DNA of 62,962 nucleotides, the filler included, from Octopus bimaculoides (taxonomy: Eukaryota), in NCBI RefSeq assembly GCF_001194135.2. It is 3 parts of 3 records of this genome, joined end to end, with 100 filler letters (N's around TTAATTAATTAA, not from the genome) between each part and the next. Parts side by side here need not be neighbours in the genome. Positions count along the whole stretch, not along the records: positions 17,626 to 47,174 come from NC_068985.1; 2 more parts are not named here. One strand, 5' to 3'. The position numbers were made by a program, and so were the translations under genes. How positions within the stretch are numbered: the first letter of the stretch is position 1; every line of letters starts with the position of its first letter. Under the pieces are notes generated by a model. That model saw nothing but the letters and a program-made list of their open reading frames with translations. It was not told the DNA's origin and searched no databases. Shown piece by piece: positions 23,398 to 36,502 of the stretch.

Positions 23398-26176
23398 TGT
23401 AAGAAAGTTGGAATATTTAAGTATTAATTCTTATTGATCTATCTTTTATTTTCCCCAGGAAATATAATGCTAAATTTGAAACATTTTTACATGTCACTTC
23501 TATTGTGACCTTTCATGATTTTCCAACTGTAAAATGAACAATTGATAAACAAACTTGAAAAATGACCCTGATTCAATTCATTTTGGTTATTTATCTCCAT
23601 TACCTGACAGTTTTAGATGTGTTCCTGTACAATTACTAATGGATAATCAGTAAATTATTCCAGGTTACTCAGTTTGTTTACCATCTTAAATATTTGCATT
23701 GCCAAGCTGATGTAATACTTTACATCGCCATAGCTTTTGGCGTCTGATAAGTGCTATTTAACAGTACCAGTTAAAAGGCATATGGAATGGGATCTTATTT
23801 TCAAAGTAGGAAATTAGTTTATCATTGTTGTTAAGTAATTTTGGTCAGCTTTTCTTGAGCAGATTTATAGCATGAGAGTAGCCAATGGAATATACAAGAA
23901 CAACCTACAAGTCTTTCATATCTAACATGTGATAATACAATCTTGCTGCAAACTATACTATTTAGTTTGTCATATATTTTTGACCCCTATGGTGAAGAAT
24001 GCAAATATTGTTAATCAGATGGAAAATGAATTGCTTTTGGAATAAGGTATCAAAATTTTACAAGTAATACTTATAAATCTATCAAGGTGGTGAGTTTGCA
24101 GAATCATTAGCATGCCAGGCAAAATGCTTAGCAGCATTTCATCCATCTCTATTTTTTGAGTTCAAATTCCACTGAGATTAACTTTGCTTTTCATTCTTTT
24201 GGGGTTGATAAAATAAGTGTCAGTTGAGCAGTTGAGCATTGGGGTTGATGTAATTGATTTACCCACTCCCTTGAAATTGCTGGTCTTGTGCCAAAATTTG
24301 AAGCCAATATTACAAATTAAGTAAAAGCAGTGAGCTGGCAGAATCATTAGCACACCAGGCAAAATGCTTAGTGGCATTTCATCCATTTCTACATTCTGAA
24401 TTCAATTTCCACTGAGATTGACTTTGCCTTTCATCTTTTTGGGGTTGATAAAATAAGTTCCACTTTAGCACTGGGGTCAATGTAATCAACTTACCTCATC
24501 CTCTGAAATTGCTAGCCTTGTGTCAAAGGTTGAGTTACATAGCATTAAATGTCATGTGCAGGGACACATTGAAACACCAGTAGAAACAGATACAAAATGA
24601 TAAATCATGAGCTGGTTGTTGAATAATTTATCCCTTTTGTTATTTTGTTGCAAGGTATTCTCCTGAAATTTATTGGTTAAGTAAATAATATGATACATGC
24701 ATGGCTGTGTGGTTAAGAAGTTTGCTTTCCAATCACATGGTTCTAGATTCAGCCCCACTGCATGGCACCTTGGGCAAGTGTCATCCATTTTAGCCTTAGG
24801 TCAACTAAAGCCTTGTGAATGGATTTGTTACATGGAAATTGAAAGAAGCCTCTCTGTTACACACACGCACACACGTGTGTGTGTGTGTGTGCACGAGCGT
24901 ATACACTTGTGTCTCTTTGCTTTGACATTCATGATAGTTGTAATGATTGTCACTGTCATACAAGCAGTGTTATTCATTTTCAGTATTCTACAAAAACATA
25001 CTTCGCCTGGGGAAATGTTACCTTACTTGGAAACAGTTGAGGGTTGTCAACAGGAAGGGCATCCAGTTATAGAAAATCTGCCTCAACAACTCTGTCCAAC
25101 CCATGCAAGCATAGAAAAGTGGACATTAAAATGATGATAATGATGATCTTTGACCTGACATGATTTAGTAAATCTGCTTCTAGAGATTAAATTGCATTGA
25201 GTAAGCATAGTGTAAGGTTTAAATCTGAAAATGTGAATTTCATTATCATCATCATCATCCTCATCATTTAGCGTCCATTTTCCATGCTAGCATGGGTAAG
25301 ATGGTGTGACTGCAGCTGGTAAGCCAGAGACCTGCATCAGGCTCTAATCCATTTTGGCTTGGCTTTTATGGTTAGATGCTCATCCTAATGCTAACCACTC
25401 CACAAAGTGAACTGGGTGTCTTTTACATGTTACCAGCATGGGTGCCTTTTGTGTTACTGGCATGGGTGCCTCTCCCATGTCACTGGCATTGGTCACAACT
25501 ACAAGTTAGCTTGACGTATCTTCTCAAAATAGTTAGAGTTATAAAAAAGAAGGAAGTTTTTAGATTCAGGTGCAGTACATCAAGCAATGTAATTTTCTTT
25601 GTGGTAGACATTGGGCAATGATATACAATTGTTATGAATTTAAGATGTAATCCTTTTGTGCGACCTGTCTGTGGCTACTGAGTTGTGCCCATGAGCAAGG
25701 GACATAACTTTCCACATCCTGCTATGCTGACATCTACTTATTTCTTTATTGCCCACAAAGGGCTAATATAGAGAGGAAAAACAAGGACAGACTTCTACTT
25801 GATAATCAAGTGGTTAGCAGTATGAAGGGAACCCAGTTATGAAAACAGTTATTACAGTAGTATGCAAATGCAAACATTCACAAAACTTCTTGAACATTGA
25901 AGTAGTGGAGAATGTATCTGAAAATGTGACTGAATATGAAAGAGATTGTTTGTATGTTGGAGTGTAGAAGAAGATTTATTTTTCTCACAAGAGTTTTTAA
26001 GTCATGTAAACACTGTTATTTATTTCTCACTCATCCAATTACATAGTTGTTACCAGAAAGATATTTCAATTATCTTAGATTCTCATATTCTTATAAAATT
26101 TCACAATTAGAAGGTTTTTAGTATAAAACCTACAATCCACTCTCTGAAAGCTGTCATTTTTGCAAATTTCTAATGT

Positions 26177-28175
26177 AATGCCACAGTTTATGCTAATATT
26201 GTTTGAGAGCAATACTCCATCAGAATGATATAATTGGAGCTTTGTGTTCCATAGTGACATATTATACTTTAAAAAATCTGAAATCACAGGAGAAATTTGA
26301 AAATGTCCAGCGATTTCAGAATCCACGAATGTGGTATGCTGTCAAAGCCTTTTTTATAATCAATCCATGAATAGCTGAGATTTCTGCACTTGTTATGGCA
26401 GTTCTCAAGGATCATGTGATTAATTAGGAGCTGATTTTTGCATCTGTATGAGCCTCGTCTGCATCCTTTTTGTTCAGTAGGAAAGAGGTTATTCTCTTCC
26501 ATAAACGTATATGTTTTCTCCACTAGAAGAGATGTCAAAATCTTATAGGTAGTATACAAACAAGTTATAGGCCGGTAGTTTTTTGGTCTTTGGTTTTGTT
26601 ATTTTTGGGGAGGAGGTAAGTAATACCATTTGCCATCCAATGGTGAGTTTTTTCTGAGTCTTTCATAATACTATTAAATAGTATTACTAACATTTTGTGT
26701 GCAGACGAGAGTGATGAGAGCCAGAAATTTGGTACTCTATCAATACCAGGGGATTTCCACTTATGAGCTTTCATTAGTGCCCTCCTTAGGTCGGCGATTG
26801 AGATGTCTTCCCATACTTGTTCTTGTAGATTTTTGTAGGCATCTTGGGTGCGTTTGATCTAGTCTACATTTTCATTGTATGGTTTCTCATCACTCCAGAT
26901 CCCTTTCCAAAAGTTTTCAACTTCTTCCATAAGGGGTAAATTTTCAATGGTTATTTTTTCTTTCCCTATTTCCCTGTAAAATGATTTGGCATTGGATTTG
27001 AACATTTTATTTTGCTTGTAGAATTTAATTCTTTTCTCAAATCTGCGTATTCTCTGAGCTTTTGCTTGAACTTTTTGTTTAAGTGTTTCATTTGCTGACA
27101 TTAGTTCTTCTCTTGTTGAGAGACCATATTTTCTCACGATCTTCCTGCCTTTTCTTTATCTTACACCATTTCTAGAGATTAGCTCAGTTAATATTGATAT
27201 CTCCCTTCGCAATGATTCACTCTCAGTTTCAATTCTACTCCTTTGGTTTGATTTACTTTTCGAATTTGGTATTGTTGGCTTCTTGGGTGTTAAACGGCGT
27301 CTTTCGATTACCTTAGCAACAGAGTAAATAATTTCATTTAACTTATTAAGATCGGGTTTTAGTTGTATGATTTCTTGTGTAATGCAGTTGCCAATTTTTA
27401 TTTGTGTTTTATGTTGGTGTGCATTTGAGAGTTTATGGAGTAGTTCCCTATCATTCATATTTGTATGTCCTACAACTGCAAGCTCATTCAGGACTTCCTG
27501 CTTCATTTCAATGATAAATTTTCTGTGTTGTTCAGCAAATATGTGGTCTTCAAATTTTGTTTCGACATCATTTTCCTGGCTGCTTTTCCTAGGGTTATTA
27601 TAATCTCCTTTTTCTTCAGGCTCTTGAATGGTTTCGGCAGATGGTTGCCTTTCAGTCAATGCTTGTGATCCAACATTCCTCTCCTCTGCTTCGTTATTTC
27701 TTTCCTGACTTATATTTAGGTCATTCTCTACCAATCTTTTAATAGAGGTTAATTCTGCATCTGTGAGTCTGGTATTTCCGAAGATATCTCTTCTAACATT
27801 TGCTAATCTGTTTTCATCCAGGTTTGGTCTGCTAGCTGGATTCCGGCCCCTCCAAATTCTGTAGGAGTTTGCGGTGTGTTTCTCTTGGGTTGGCCTATAT
27901 AATGCAAAGTAATAAGCGTATATTACTTCCTTATATTCTTCCAGGTTCCATTTAGTTCTTTTACATTTTTGATTTCGTGGTTGCTGTGGTGGTGAATTTT
28001 GGGGGCTTAATTTGGGACAAATCCCATTTAAGTGACCTTCCAGGTTCGTATTTGGAGAAGATATCCTGCCATTTGAAAAATTTTCACCATCAGGCTGACA
28101 GCCTCCTGACAGGCACGCTTCCAGAATAACCACTGGACAAGCGATTCGGTGTACTGTTTGAAATTTCCTTTTTTT
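26177..28175 (-). mobile_element. R4/Dong-clade non-LTR retrotransposon, N-terminal region to mid-RT
   Basis: KWNLEEYKEV, WKSPGIDRVPNFWL, GITYLLPK, EQKGCRR, WIDYKKGFDSIPHSWI; breaks at INCGI just before the expected FQGD motif. Confidence 0.85.
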
Positions 28176-28304
28176 TTTAAGTAAAGTTAAATTGTTATTA
28201 AATTTTCATTAAAAAAAATTTTTTTAATTAATTAATTTTTTTTTTAATGTATTTTTTAAACCACTGATCATCATACAGGGGCTGCATTTATCATCATTAG
28301 CAGC

Positions 28305-28605
28305 ACCAGTAGTTGTAGTAGCAACAGCAATATCACTATCAGCAGCAGCAGCGGCAGTGGTAATAGCAGTAGTAGCGGCAGCAGCAACAGCAGCAGTACC
28401 AGTAGCAATAGTAGCAGTAGCAGTAGTAGTAGTAGCAATAGTAGCAGTAGCAGTAGTAGTAGTAGCAGTAGTGGCAACAGCAGCGGTAATGATAGTAGTA
28501 GTAGTGACAGCAGTAGCAGTGGTAGCAGCAGCAGTAGTAGCAGCAACAGCAGCAATAGTAGTAGTAGTAGTAGTGGTAGTAGCAGTAGTAGTAGTAAGTG
28601 CAGCT
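28305..28605 (+). repeat. Mixed (GCA/GTA)n trinucleotide array
   Basis: Seen directly in the sequence. Confidence 0.95.
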
Positions 28606-28642
28606 CGTGTAATTTCTTCTTCTTCTTCTTATTATTATTATT

Positions 28643-28717
28643 CAGGTCACTGCCTGGAATTGAACTCGGAATCTTGGGGTTAGTAGCCCACACTCTTAAC
28701 CACTATGCCATATGCCC
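28643..28717 (-). mobile_element. Short tRNA-derived SINE with (AAT)n tail
   Basis: A box TGGCATAGTGG, B box GAGTTCAATTCC; no proper acceptor stem. Confidence 0.65.
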
Positions 28718-28775
28718 CTGGGCATGCCTTGAAAAATACCATAGGAATGAGAACCCAGGTTCAAAATTTTCCCAA

Positions 28776-28872
28776 GACACCTGATGAAGGCTGGAGGGTA
28801 TATCAGCCAAAACGTGTTAACAACAAACAAGATGAAGACAAATATCCGGCAATTGTAAATAATGTAAATAAT
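28776..28872 (+). mobile_element. Penelope-like tail with degenerate hammerhead motif
   Basis: GACAC-CTGATGA-A-GGCTG(10 nt)CAGCC-AAAA-CGTGTT, then (AATGTAAAT)-type tail. Confidence 0.55.
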
Positions 28873-31800
28873 GTTTTCTGAAACGGCCATAAGTTTTGGA
28901 CTGATCCTTTCAATTGCCTCCTTTAATCTATTCTGACTATATTTTATACTTTCATGGTACTCCTTATATATTTTTGATGTCTTTTATTTTTTATGTTTTT
29001 TATTTTTTATGTTTATATTCTTATATTTCTATATTCTTATCATTTATGTCTTAATATAAATATGTGGTTATTTGAATGAAATAATATCTCATGTCATACA
29101 TCTGAATTATGAATTTGCTTGTTTTAATGTTTAAGACAAATATCTGAAAATATCTTATACCAAATTTTCAAAATGCCTCAGCTCCGGCGCGCAAAATTCC
29201 GGAAACAATTCTGAATTTTTTTTTTCTGAATTTTCAGATTTTTTTATATGCTAGGCCACTTGGTTTTAAATTGAATTAATATTCAACTTATCACCCTATC
29301 AACTTATCACCTCAACAAATTCAGTAAGCATGTTCAACTGAAGCTTAGTGAGATAACTGAAAAGAATAATTTTTGTGACATAAGTTTAAATAACCCAACT
29401 GCCTCACTGTGGGGCTAAATTGGAACTTGATATGAGGAACATACATGGAACATTCTAGGAATTATAGAACAATTCAAATATTATGCTGGCATCGTTTCAA
29501 TTTTCAATTTCTATGATAAATTTTATCAAGTAACTTCAACTATGTATAATTGTCACTTTAGTTTTTGGCCTATAAATAAAGTTACTGGTTGGGTTCTCAA
29601 CATGTTTTTGTATTTATTCTGGTATGTAGGCCAATGTATGAACAATAAACAAGTTTATGTTGATGATGATGCCTTGTTTTCTAGCTGATGTATAATATCA
29701 GCAGAATAAATATGATATCTTCATGTTCATGTGTTGTACATATTTTACTATCAACAGGAATAGTGAATATAATGTATGTATAATCTTAGCCTAGAACATG
29801 TTTTTAAGATTTCGTTCATTACCTCATCATCTTCATTTATTTCATCAACCCGTGAAACATGATAGTGCACATTTATATTTCCTGCATAATGCCCAGTTAC
29901 AAAGTCACCTACCTCTGCATTTGAAGGGTCTTCACATTTCTCTTCTCATTTTTCTTAAGAAAATGATGCAGCCAGTCTTAGCTTGCACTTTCCTTCTCCA
30001 CTCAAGATTGGAGTATCTTCAAGCAAAGTTGATTTGTATGTTTAAATGCAAAATACCTGATCCCCTTTTAAGTTTAAGTACTACTACATGTATCAGTGTA
30101 CTTGTGATATTGGAGTTAGCTGGAACATATTTCATCTAACCTTTCTTATTCATGTTCCAACTTGCCTCCTGCAGCAATGCCTCAACATATGAAATGCATT
30201 CAACACAAATTGGAATAGACAAATTATTTCCTGCTCTGTTCTGATTATTTTCTACTAAACAATCGATGTACAAAGGTGCTCATTCTTGACTATAGTATTT
30301 ACAAAATAAACTGAATATTTGTAAAAAGTGAAAATTTTACTTTAAGATGTGAAAAATATAGAAACCTTTCTGTACTCTTGAAAAGCTTCTATTTTATCAT
30401 GCTACTAACAAAGCTGAAGGGTAGTATAAAAGGCTCTCACAAGATAGCAGCACAGTCCTCATCAGGTTCTTTATTTCTTATGAAAAAGGTGTGTAAATTT
30501 ACTCAACATTCTGACAAATCCCACTTTCCTCTACATACTTTAACCTACATAAAGTCATTGGCTTTATTATGAATGCTTCGTTTAAGTGGTTAAAAAAATA
30601 AATAGATATTCTTCTGATTAGTAAAGTTAGTCTGTCACAAGTAGCATTTGCAGAAGAGCTGTCTCTTTTTCCACCTCCTTTTAAAGAACCAAATCAAATG
30701 AAATTAAGTTTCCTAAGTTTCTTATCCAAAGATAATACAGAACATTCAAGGTTGATATGAATTCATAACACATGAGCTGGTAGTTCAATACTTTAACAAG
30801 CCTGCCATTTTAATTCTATGTCATACACCTCATTCTTTGTAAACATGGGTAGAATAATCAAACAAATTCAGACATTTGTTTTAGTTGTTTTGAGTTGCTC
30901 TTTCTCACACAAATCATTTGAACACATTATGAGTTGGAAGGAACTTCAAGCTAGGTAGTATGAAACTGTTGGTGTTATACTGTTTTATCTAAGACAGTAT
31001 AACTAAGATATGACTGAATAACTAAAATAAGTAATCCAATATAAGCTTTGGACAATGTCAGTCACTTGACTATTTAGTTAGTCTTTCAGTTCTTCACTTT
31101 ATTTTAACAATTGATTTGTATTTCCAAGGTTATTTGGAATGTCATCACAGTTTCCTCAGGCTTTGTTCCATCAGAGCATGAATTACCATCTCTGGTGCAA
31201 TACCATAATCATTTGTTACCTCTCCATGAAATATCTTTCTTCCTTTTATTTAAAAAAAATATCAAATGACATGAGGATGTCTGAAATATTTTGTAATTAT
31301 TTACCATAATTTTTCTTAACCATTGAAACTGAAATTTAGAACTAAGAGATGCAGTTATTTTTGACAGTTTCGGGAGCATAATGCATTGCAGAATTTGTTC
31401 CAACTCACTATGTTGTGAGTTCAAATCCTACCAAGGTCAACTTTGCCTTTTATCTTTTCAGGGTCTATAAAAAAAGGTACCAATCAAAGTTGGTGGTTTG
31501 GTAGAATTGTAAGTTGCACAAGATGTTTTGCAGTATTTACTCCTGCTCCTTGTGTTCTGAGTTCAAATCTTGCACAACCTATTTGAGTGTTTGCCATCCA
31601 AGTTAACACCACCCGTCAGAGATCATTGTGTTGCAAGCATTCAGGCCAGGAGGATACTTTCCTCCTGTCTCACCAGTCTTAGAGGCCCTGTAATGCATCA
31701 TGGACACTGTCTTCCCACCTAACTGAAAGAAATATGAAAATAATTGAATGCATCTTATCAGAAACAATTTCTAGCAATCATCAATTTTCACGCTAATATA

Positions 31801-32146
31801 AAAAAAAAAAAATTGGGCCTATAGCTTGAAGGGATCCATCCTTAACTTCTGGTTGAAGAACTGTTTTGTCTGAGATTAAATTTCTTTCTATTGTCATGGT
31901 GTAGTGCTTAACACTCCTATGTCATGCAATGGTAATTTTTGTTCATATTTGATATGGAAATATCCAAGTGTTTCTTAAAATATCAGAATTGATATTGAAC
32001 AGTTCAAGACATTAAAGCTATTGTTGATGCCATAAGTATGTTTTGGAGTTTTCTGAACAGTTAAAAATATCCAAAGAAAGAAAATAATAATAACCACAAG
32101 GTTTGCTCAATATTTAAATAACAACAACAACAAAAGCAGCAGCAGC

Positions 32147-32182
<36 letters not shown>

Positions 32183-32608
32183 AATGTTGATGATGATGAT
32201 AATGATGATGATTTCAATAAGAATCTATTTTTTTTTATAAATCCCACATTATTATATGAATAATATAAACAAAAGATAACAAAGAAACTAAACACAGATA
32301 AAAAGTACAATGACATAATTTGGGGTAGGAGACTTAGTTCTGTATATTTGATTCTTTCTATTAAATTATACTGAAATTATTTGGTAAAATTACAAAAGTA
32401 AGGTGTGTAACACCAAACAAATAAATAAGACTTCTTACATTGTTTATTTGAAAGAAGTTCAATGGAAATTTCTATTGAAGGAAAACTTCATTCTCAACTT
32501 CTTTTCAACTCTGTATTTTCTCCATCTACAGAAATTTCCCCCTCTTTACAGGCTAAAACAGTTTTTCTTCTCCATAGTATTTCAGGATTTGCTTGTTGAT
32601 CACTTTAA

Positions 32609-32828
32609 CCTTTTAACATTTAAAACAGTTATATCCGGCCTATATATTCTACCTGTTTTATGTTAAAAGAAACCATAACTGATCTCTCACTCCTACTCTA
32701 CAATGTCATTCTAAAAATAAACAATCACATCATTGACATCTTGAAGCAACTAGATAATGCATGACTAATTCAAAACAATATGAATAAATAAACATTACAT
32801 TTGGCAGAGTAATCTGAATGCAAAAAGG
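32609..32828. mobile_element. piggyBac-type MITE family 1 (diverged)
   Basis: TTAA-CCTTTTAACATT...AATGCAAAAAGG-TTAA; internal homology to 7703-7906. Confidence 0.8.
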
Positions 32829-35209
32829 TTAACACTTGCTGTTGTTGTTATTGTTATTGTTGTGATTGATCCAGTAAACTTATGATCAAAAGCATTCCAA
32901 TGGTACCCACCTTGTTTTATTTTTGGCTTAGTTTAGCATTAGAACTATATATTTTTAAATATGCCCTTCATCCTTTCAGGGTCAATGAAATAAGTATCAA
33001 TTAACTTCTGGAGTTGATGTAATTGATTAGCCCCTTCCATCAAAATTTCGGGCCTTGTACCTGTATTAGAAATGAATATGACAACTATTTCTAGAAAGTT
33101 AAATAACCATAGATAGTCTCCCTTATTGCCTCATATAAAGACTCTCTTACTGGTTCCTTGTTTGGATAGATAACCTTTATTTTTCAAAGAGGCCGTATAT
33201 TCTTGATCAGTTTTTTGTATTCTATTGGTCATGAACTTGTCATTACACTAAGACTATGCATTTACCTTGCTGCTGACTGATCAAATTATATACTCTTTGT
33301 GAACCTATTTTGTACTAAGTCAGTGTAGAGGTAAGAGCATCAAAATTAGTAGTTCAGAAACGACAGTTTAGACAGTTAATAATAAAAATGACATAAAAAT
33401 CGAGCATTGGTATCATACTGTTTAGGTATGTGAAACTCCCAATCTCAAGTTCAAATCTTGGTAGAACACTAAAAACTAACACACAATTGTCAAGTCACTC
33501 TTCTGTACTATAGTAAACATGTAACCCAGTACAACTTGTCCCATGGCTGGGTCTTCGGTGACTAAACTGGTTGTTTCATGTATCTAGAACAGAATTCAAA
33601 GAAATTTTATAAACAGCCATCAAACATACTTTACCATCACAAAATATCTATATACTAATCAAATTGCTTATAGAACAATCAACACTTAGAGAGAAGCATA
33701 TAAACATACAACCTTTACTCAAATACTTTTGTGAACATTAAAGCACAAGAGAAAAAATTTTCTATACTAACAAAACCATGACATGCCTGGCTAATAATCC
33801 CAACCTTACAAATGAAAACAGGAAATACCATAAATAACAACAACAACAAGCAAAGAAATGTCCACTATAAACAGATGTATTAGTATAACACTCGGGAATT
33901 GAAAAAGTCTTTAACATTTTGAGCCTATGCTCTTCCACAGAAAGAAACAAGGAGAGAAAAAATGTGTGTAGTGGTTAGCGATCTATCATGGCGAATGCCA
34001 TATATATATATATATATAAGCATATTACAGGTTTCTTTCAGTTTCCATTTACCAAATCCACCGACAATACTTCTTAAGCACACAACAATGACTGTGTCTA
34101 CTGTAATGGTGATGATTTTAATCATGAGCATAATTATAATTATAATTATAATTATAATGGTGATGATGGAGATGAGGAAGACTAAAAATCATTATGATAT
34201 CATTGTCGTCGTCGTCATCATCATCATCATCAGTAATGACAGCAACAAACACAAATGCAACAATGAGGACAAAATCAGCAATTACTGGAGAGGAAAATAC
34301 ATACTTTTTTTGAACAATAAAGAAAAGGTTACTTGATATTGGTTGGAAGATTAGAAAAGAACAAACAAACTCAAAGAGATATTTCCTAACTAGATTTGTT
34401 AAGAAAGACATATTTTTTGTGAAGACTGTCACAAAAATTTTTTATTTTTATTTTTGTTGTCAATTCTATCCTATAATGACTAGGAAGTTACACTAGAGAA
34501 ATCAATAAAATCACATTTGATAAAAGTATGTTGGAAGAGAAACTAACAGTAAAAACTGTTTAACAGCAATGTTTGTTCTATATTGGTAGAAAGAAATAAA
34601 GATGAACTAATGCACTGAAAAATCTTCAACAGTAATGGTCAGAAAAATGTCTGTCTCAGGCAAGTTACTGAAAGAAATTGATAAATAAAAATGAAGAAAA
34701 CTGATGAAAAAATTTAGGAAAAGTTTAAAAAATGTAAATATATAACATACATAAATATCAATATGAAGAAAAGCTATTTTAAAATCAATGGAGCAAATAT
34801 CTGGACTGCAATAAGAAAATAAAAGGATCACAGATATTCTATGTGAGTTACTAAGTTACTAATAAACTTTCTACATTATTTTATATTTCCATGCTATCTA
34901 TAAAACGTAGAACATACTTACATATTAAACAAGATCTTGTGAAGATGTATTGAGCAAATGTGAAAATAAATGAAAAGTGACAACTCAATGGAATCAAATC
35001 TACTGGGTGTAATTACCATATAACCCCTCTGTAAACACTCAGCCATATTTAAGCACTTGTATCTAAGNNNNNNNNNNNNNNNNNNNNNNNNNNNNNNNNN
35101 NNNNNNNNNNNNNNNNNNNNNNNNNNNNNNNNNNNNNNNNNNNNNNNNNNNNNNNNNNNNNNNNNNNNNNNNNNNNNNNNNNNNNNNNNNNNNNNNNNNN
35201 NNNNNNNNN

Positions 35210-35490
35210 AGCTCCAAGAGGCTCTGGCAGGGGATGGTGGTGAACCCTACTGTACTCTTTCACTACAACTTTCTCTCACTCTTACTTCCTGTTTCTGTTG
35301 TGCCTGTAATTCAAAGGGTCAGCCTTGTCACACTGTGTCACGCTGAATATTCCTGATAACTACGTTAAGGGTACATGTGTCTGTGGAGTGCTCAGCCACT
35401 TGCACGTTAATTTCACGAGCAGGCTGTTCCATTGATCGGATCAACTGGAACACTCGACATCGTAAGCGATGGAGTGCCAACAGCAACAAT
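35210..35490 (+). repeat. SINE-like repeat 3' part with CAA tail
   Basis: Locally GC-richer, ends GGAGTGCCAACAGCAACAA; 5' end lies in a gap. Confidence 0.45.
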
Positions 35491-35703
35491 CTAAGTATCA
35501 CTATCAATATAGTCAGACTGAAAATGATTTTGGAATTCTCATATATGCCTGTTTTTCTCTAAGATCATATTCCAAGGAAGACTGTTTTGCAGAGTTGTTG
35601 ATAATTCACATTAAAGTTTGCAACACACACACACACATATGCACACAGAGATATACATACATACATACATACATACATACATACATCATACATTATATAT
35701 ATA

Positions 35704-35730
35704 CAGGGGTCGACAAAATAATGGAAACAC
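35704..35730 (+). mobile_element. Solo TIR of the DD36E Tc1 family, abutting a gap
   Basis: TA-CAGGGGTCGACAAAATAATGGAAACAC. Confidence 0.6.
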
Positions 35731-36342
35731 NNNNNNNNNNGGGTGTGGGTGTACATATTACAGTTATAAGGATCTACAAATAATCAAGACATAACAACAT
35801 GGAGCACACCACTTATTGGCAAGACATAGTCCTCAGAGCAGACAATGAAATAATCTATTATCAGCACAGAAGGCATCGATGAAGTTATGACATTGTGGTT
35901 GGGTAATCCATAATTCCAAAATTATATATAATATTCAATGAAAAACAAAATAAATTGAGTGACATAAAATAGAATAAGAGATATGAATGGATTTCTGAGT
36001 GTTGTTATAATTGTTTCATTAGTTTTTATTTTGATCTAAGCATAATATAATTATTCAGGTTATGCAATACACTAATCAGCTAACAAACTCTTTATGCAAC
36101 TCCTCAAAATGGTGTGATGTACGGACTTGCTGAGTGATTCATTGATTCTCAACAAGTGGAAATACAAATGAAGATATTGCTATTTTAGATCTACAAAGTG
36201 AGTGTCCAGAAACTGTCATTCAAGGATAACATAAGGTTGTGAAGGATGGTGTTTTCTTGACAATCAGGTAACAACATAAAAGGAAGCTGGAGGAAAATAT
36301 ATTTTATAGGCAGACACTTGGTGTGAAGAACACACACACACA

Positions 36343-36403
<61 letters not shown>

Positions 36404-36502
36404 GCACACACAAACACATACATATATGTATACACAAACGTACACATACATAAATGTACCCACACATACCTATGTAAACACATGTACATAGACTCATAGA
36501 TA

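Noticed and set aside
28271-28693. Poly-Leu and poly-Val/Ala ORFs, and the many YIYI/CVCV/HTHT ORFs
   Set aside because: Translations of microsatellites or N gaps.
28643-28717. Possible tRNA gene
   Set aside because: A/B boxes are present but there is no closed cloverleaf, and it has a simple-repeat tail: a SINE head.
29750-30800. Possible decayed P-element/THAP9-like transposase
   Set aside because: Only vague peptide echoes; no motif could be fixed without a profile search.
34620-34670. Acceptor plus short frame NLPETDIFLTITVEDFSVH*; perfect donor at 34920
   Set aside because: Could not be paired into a phase-compatible exon chain.
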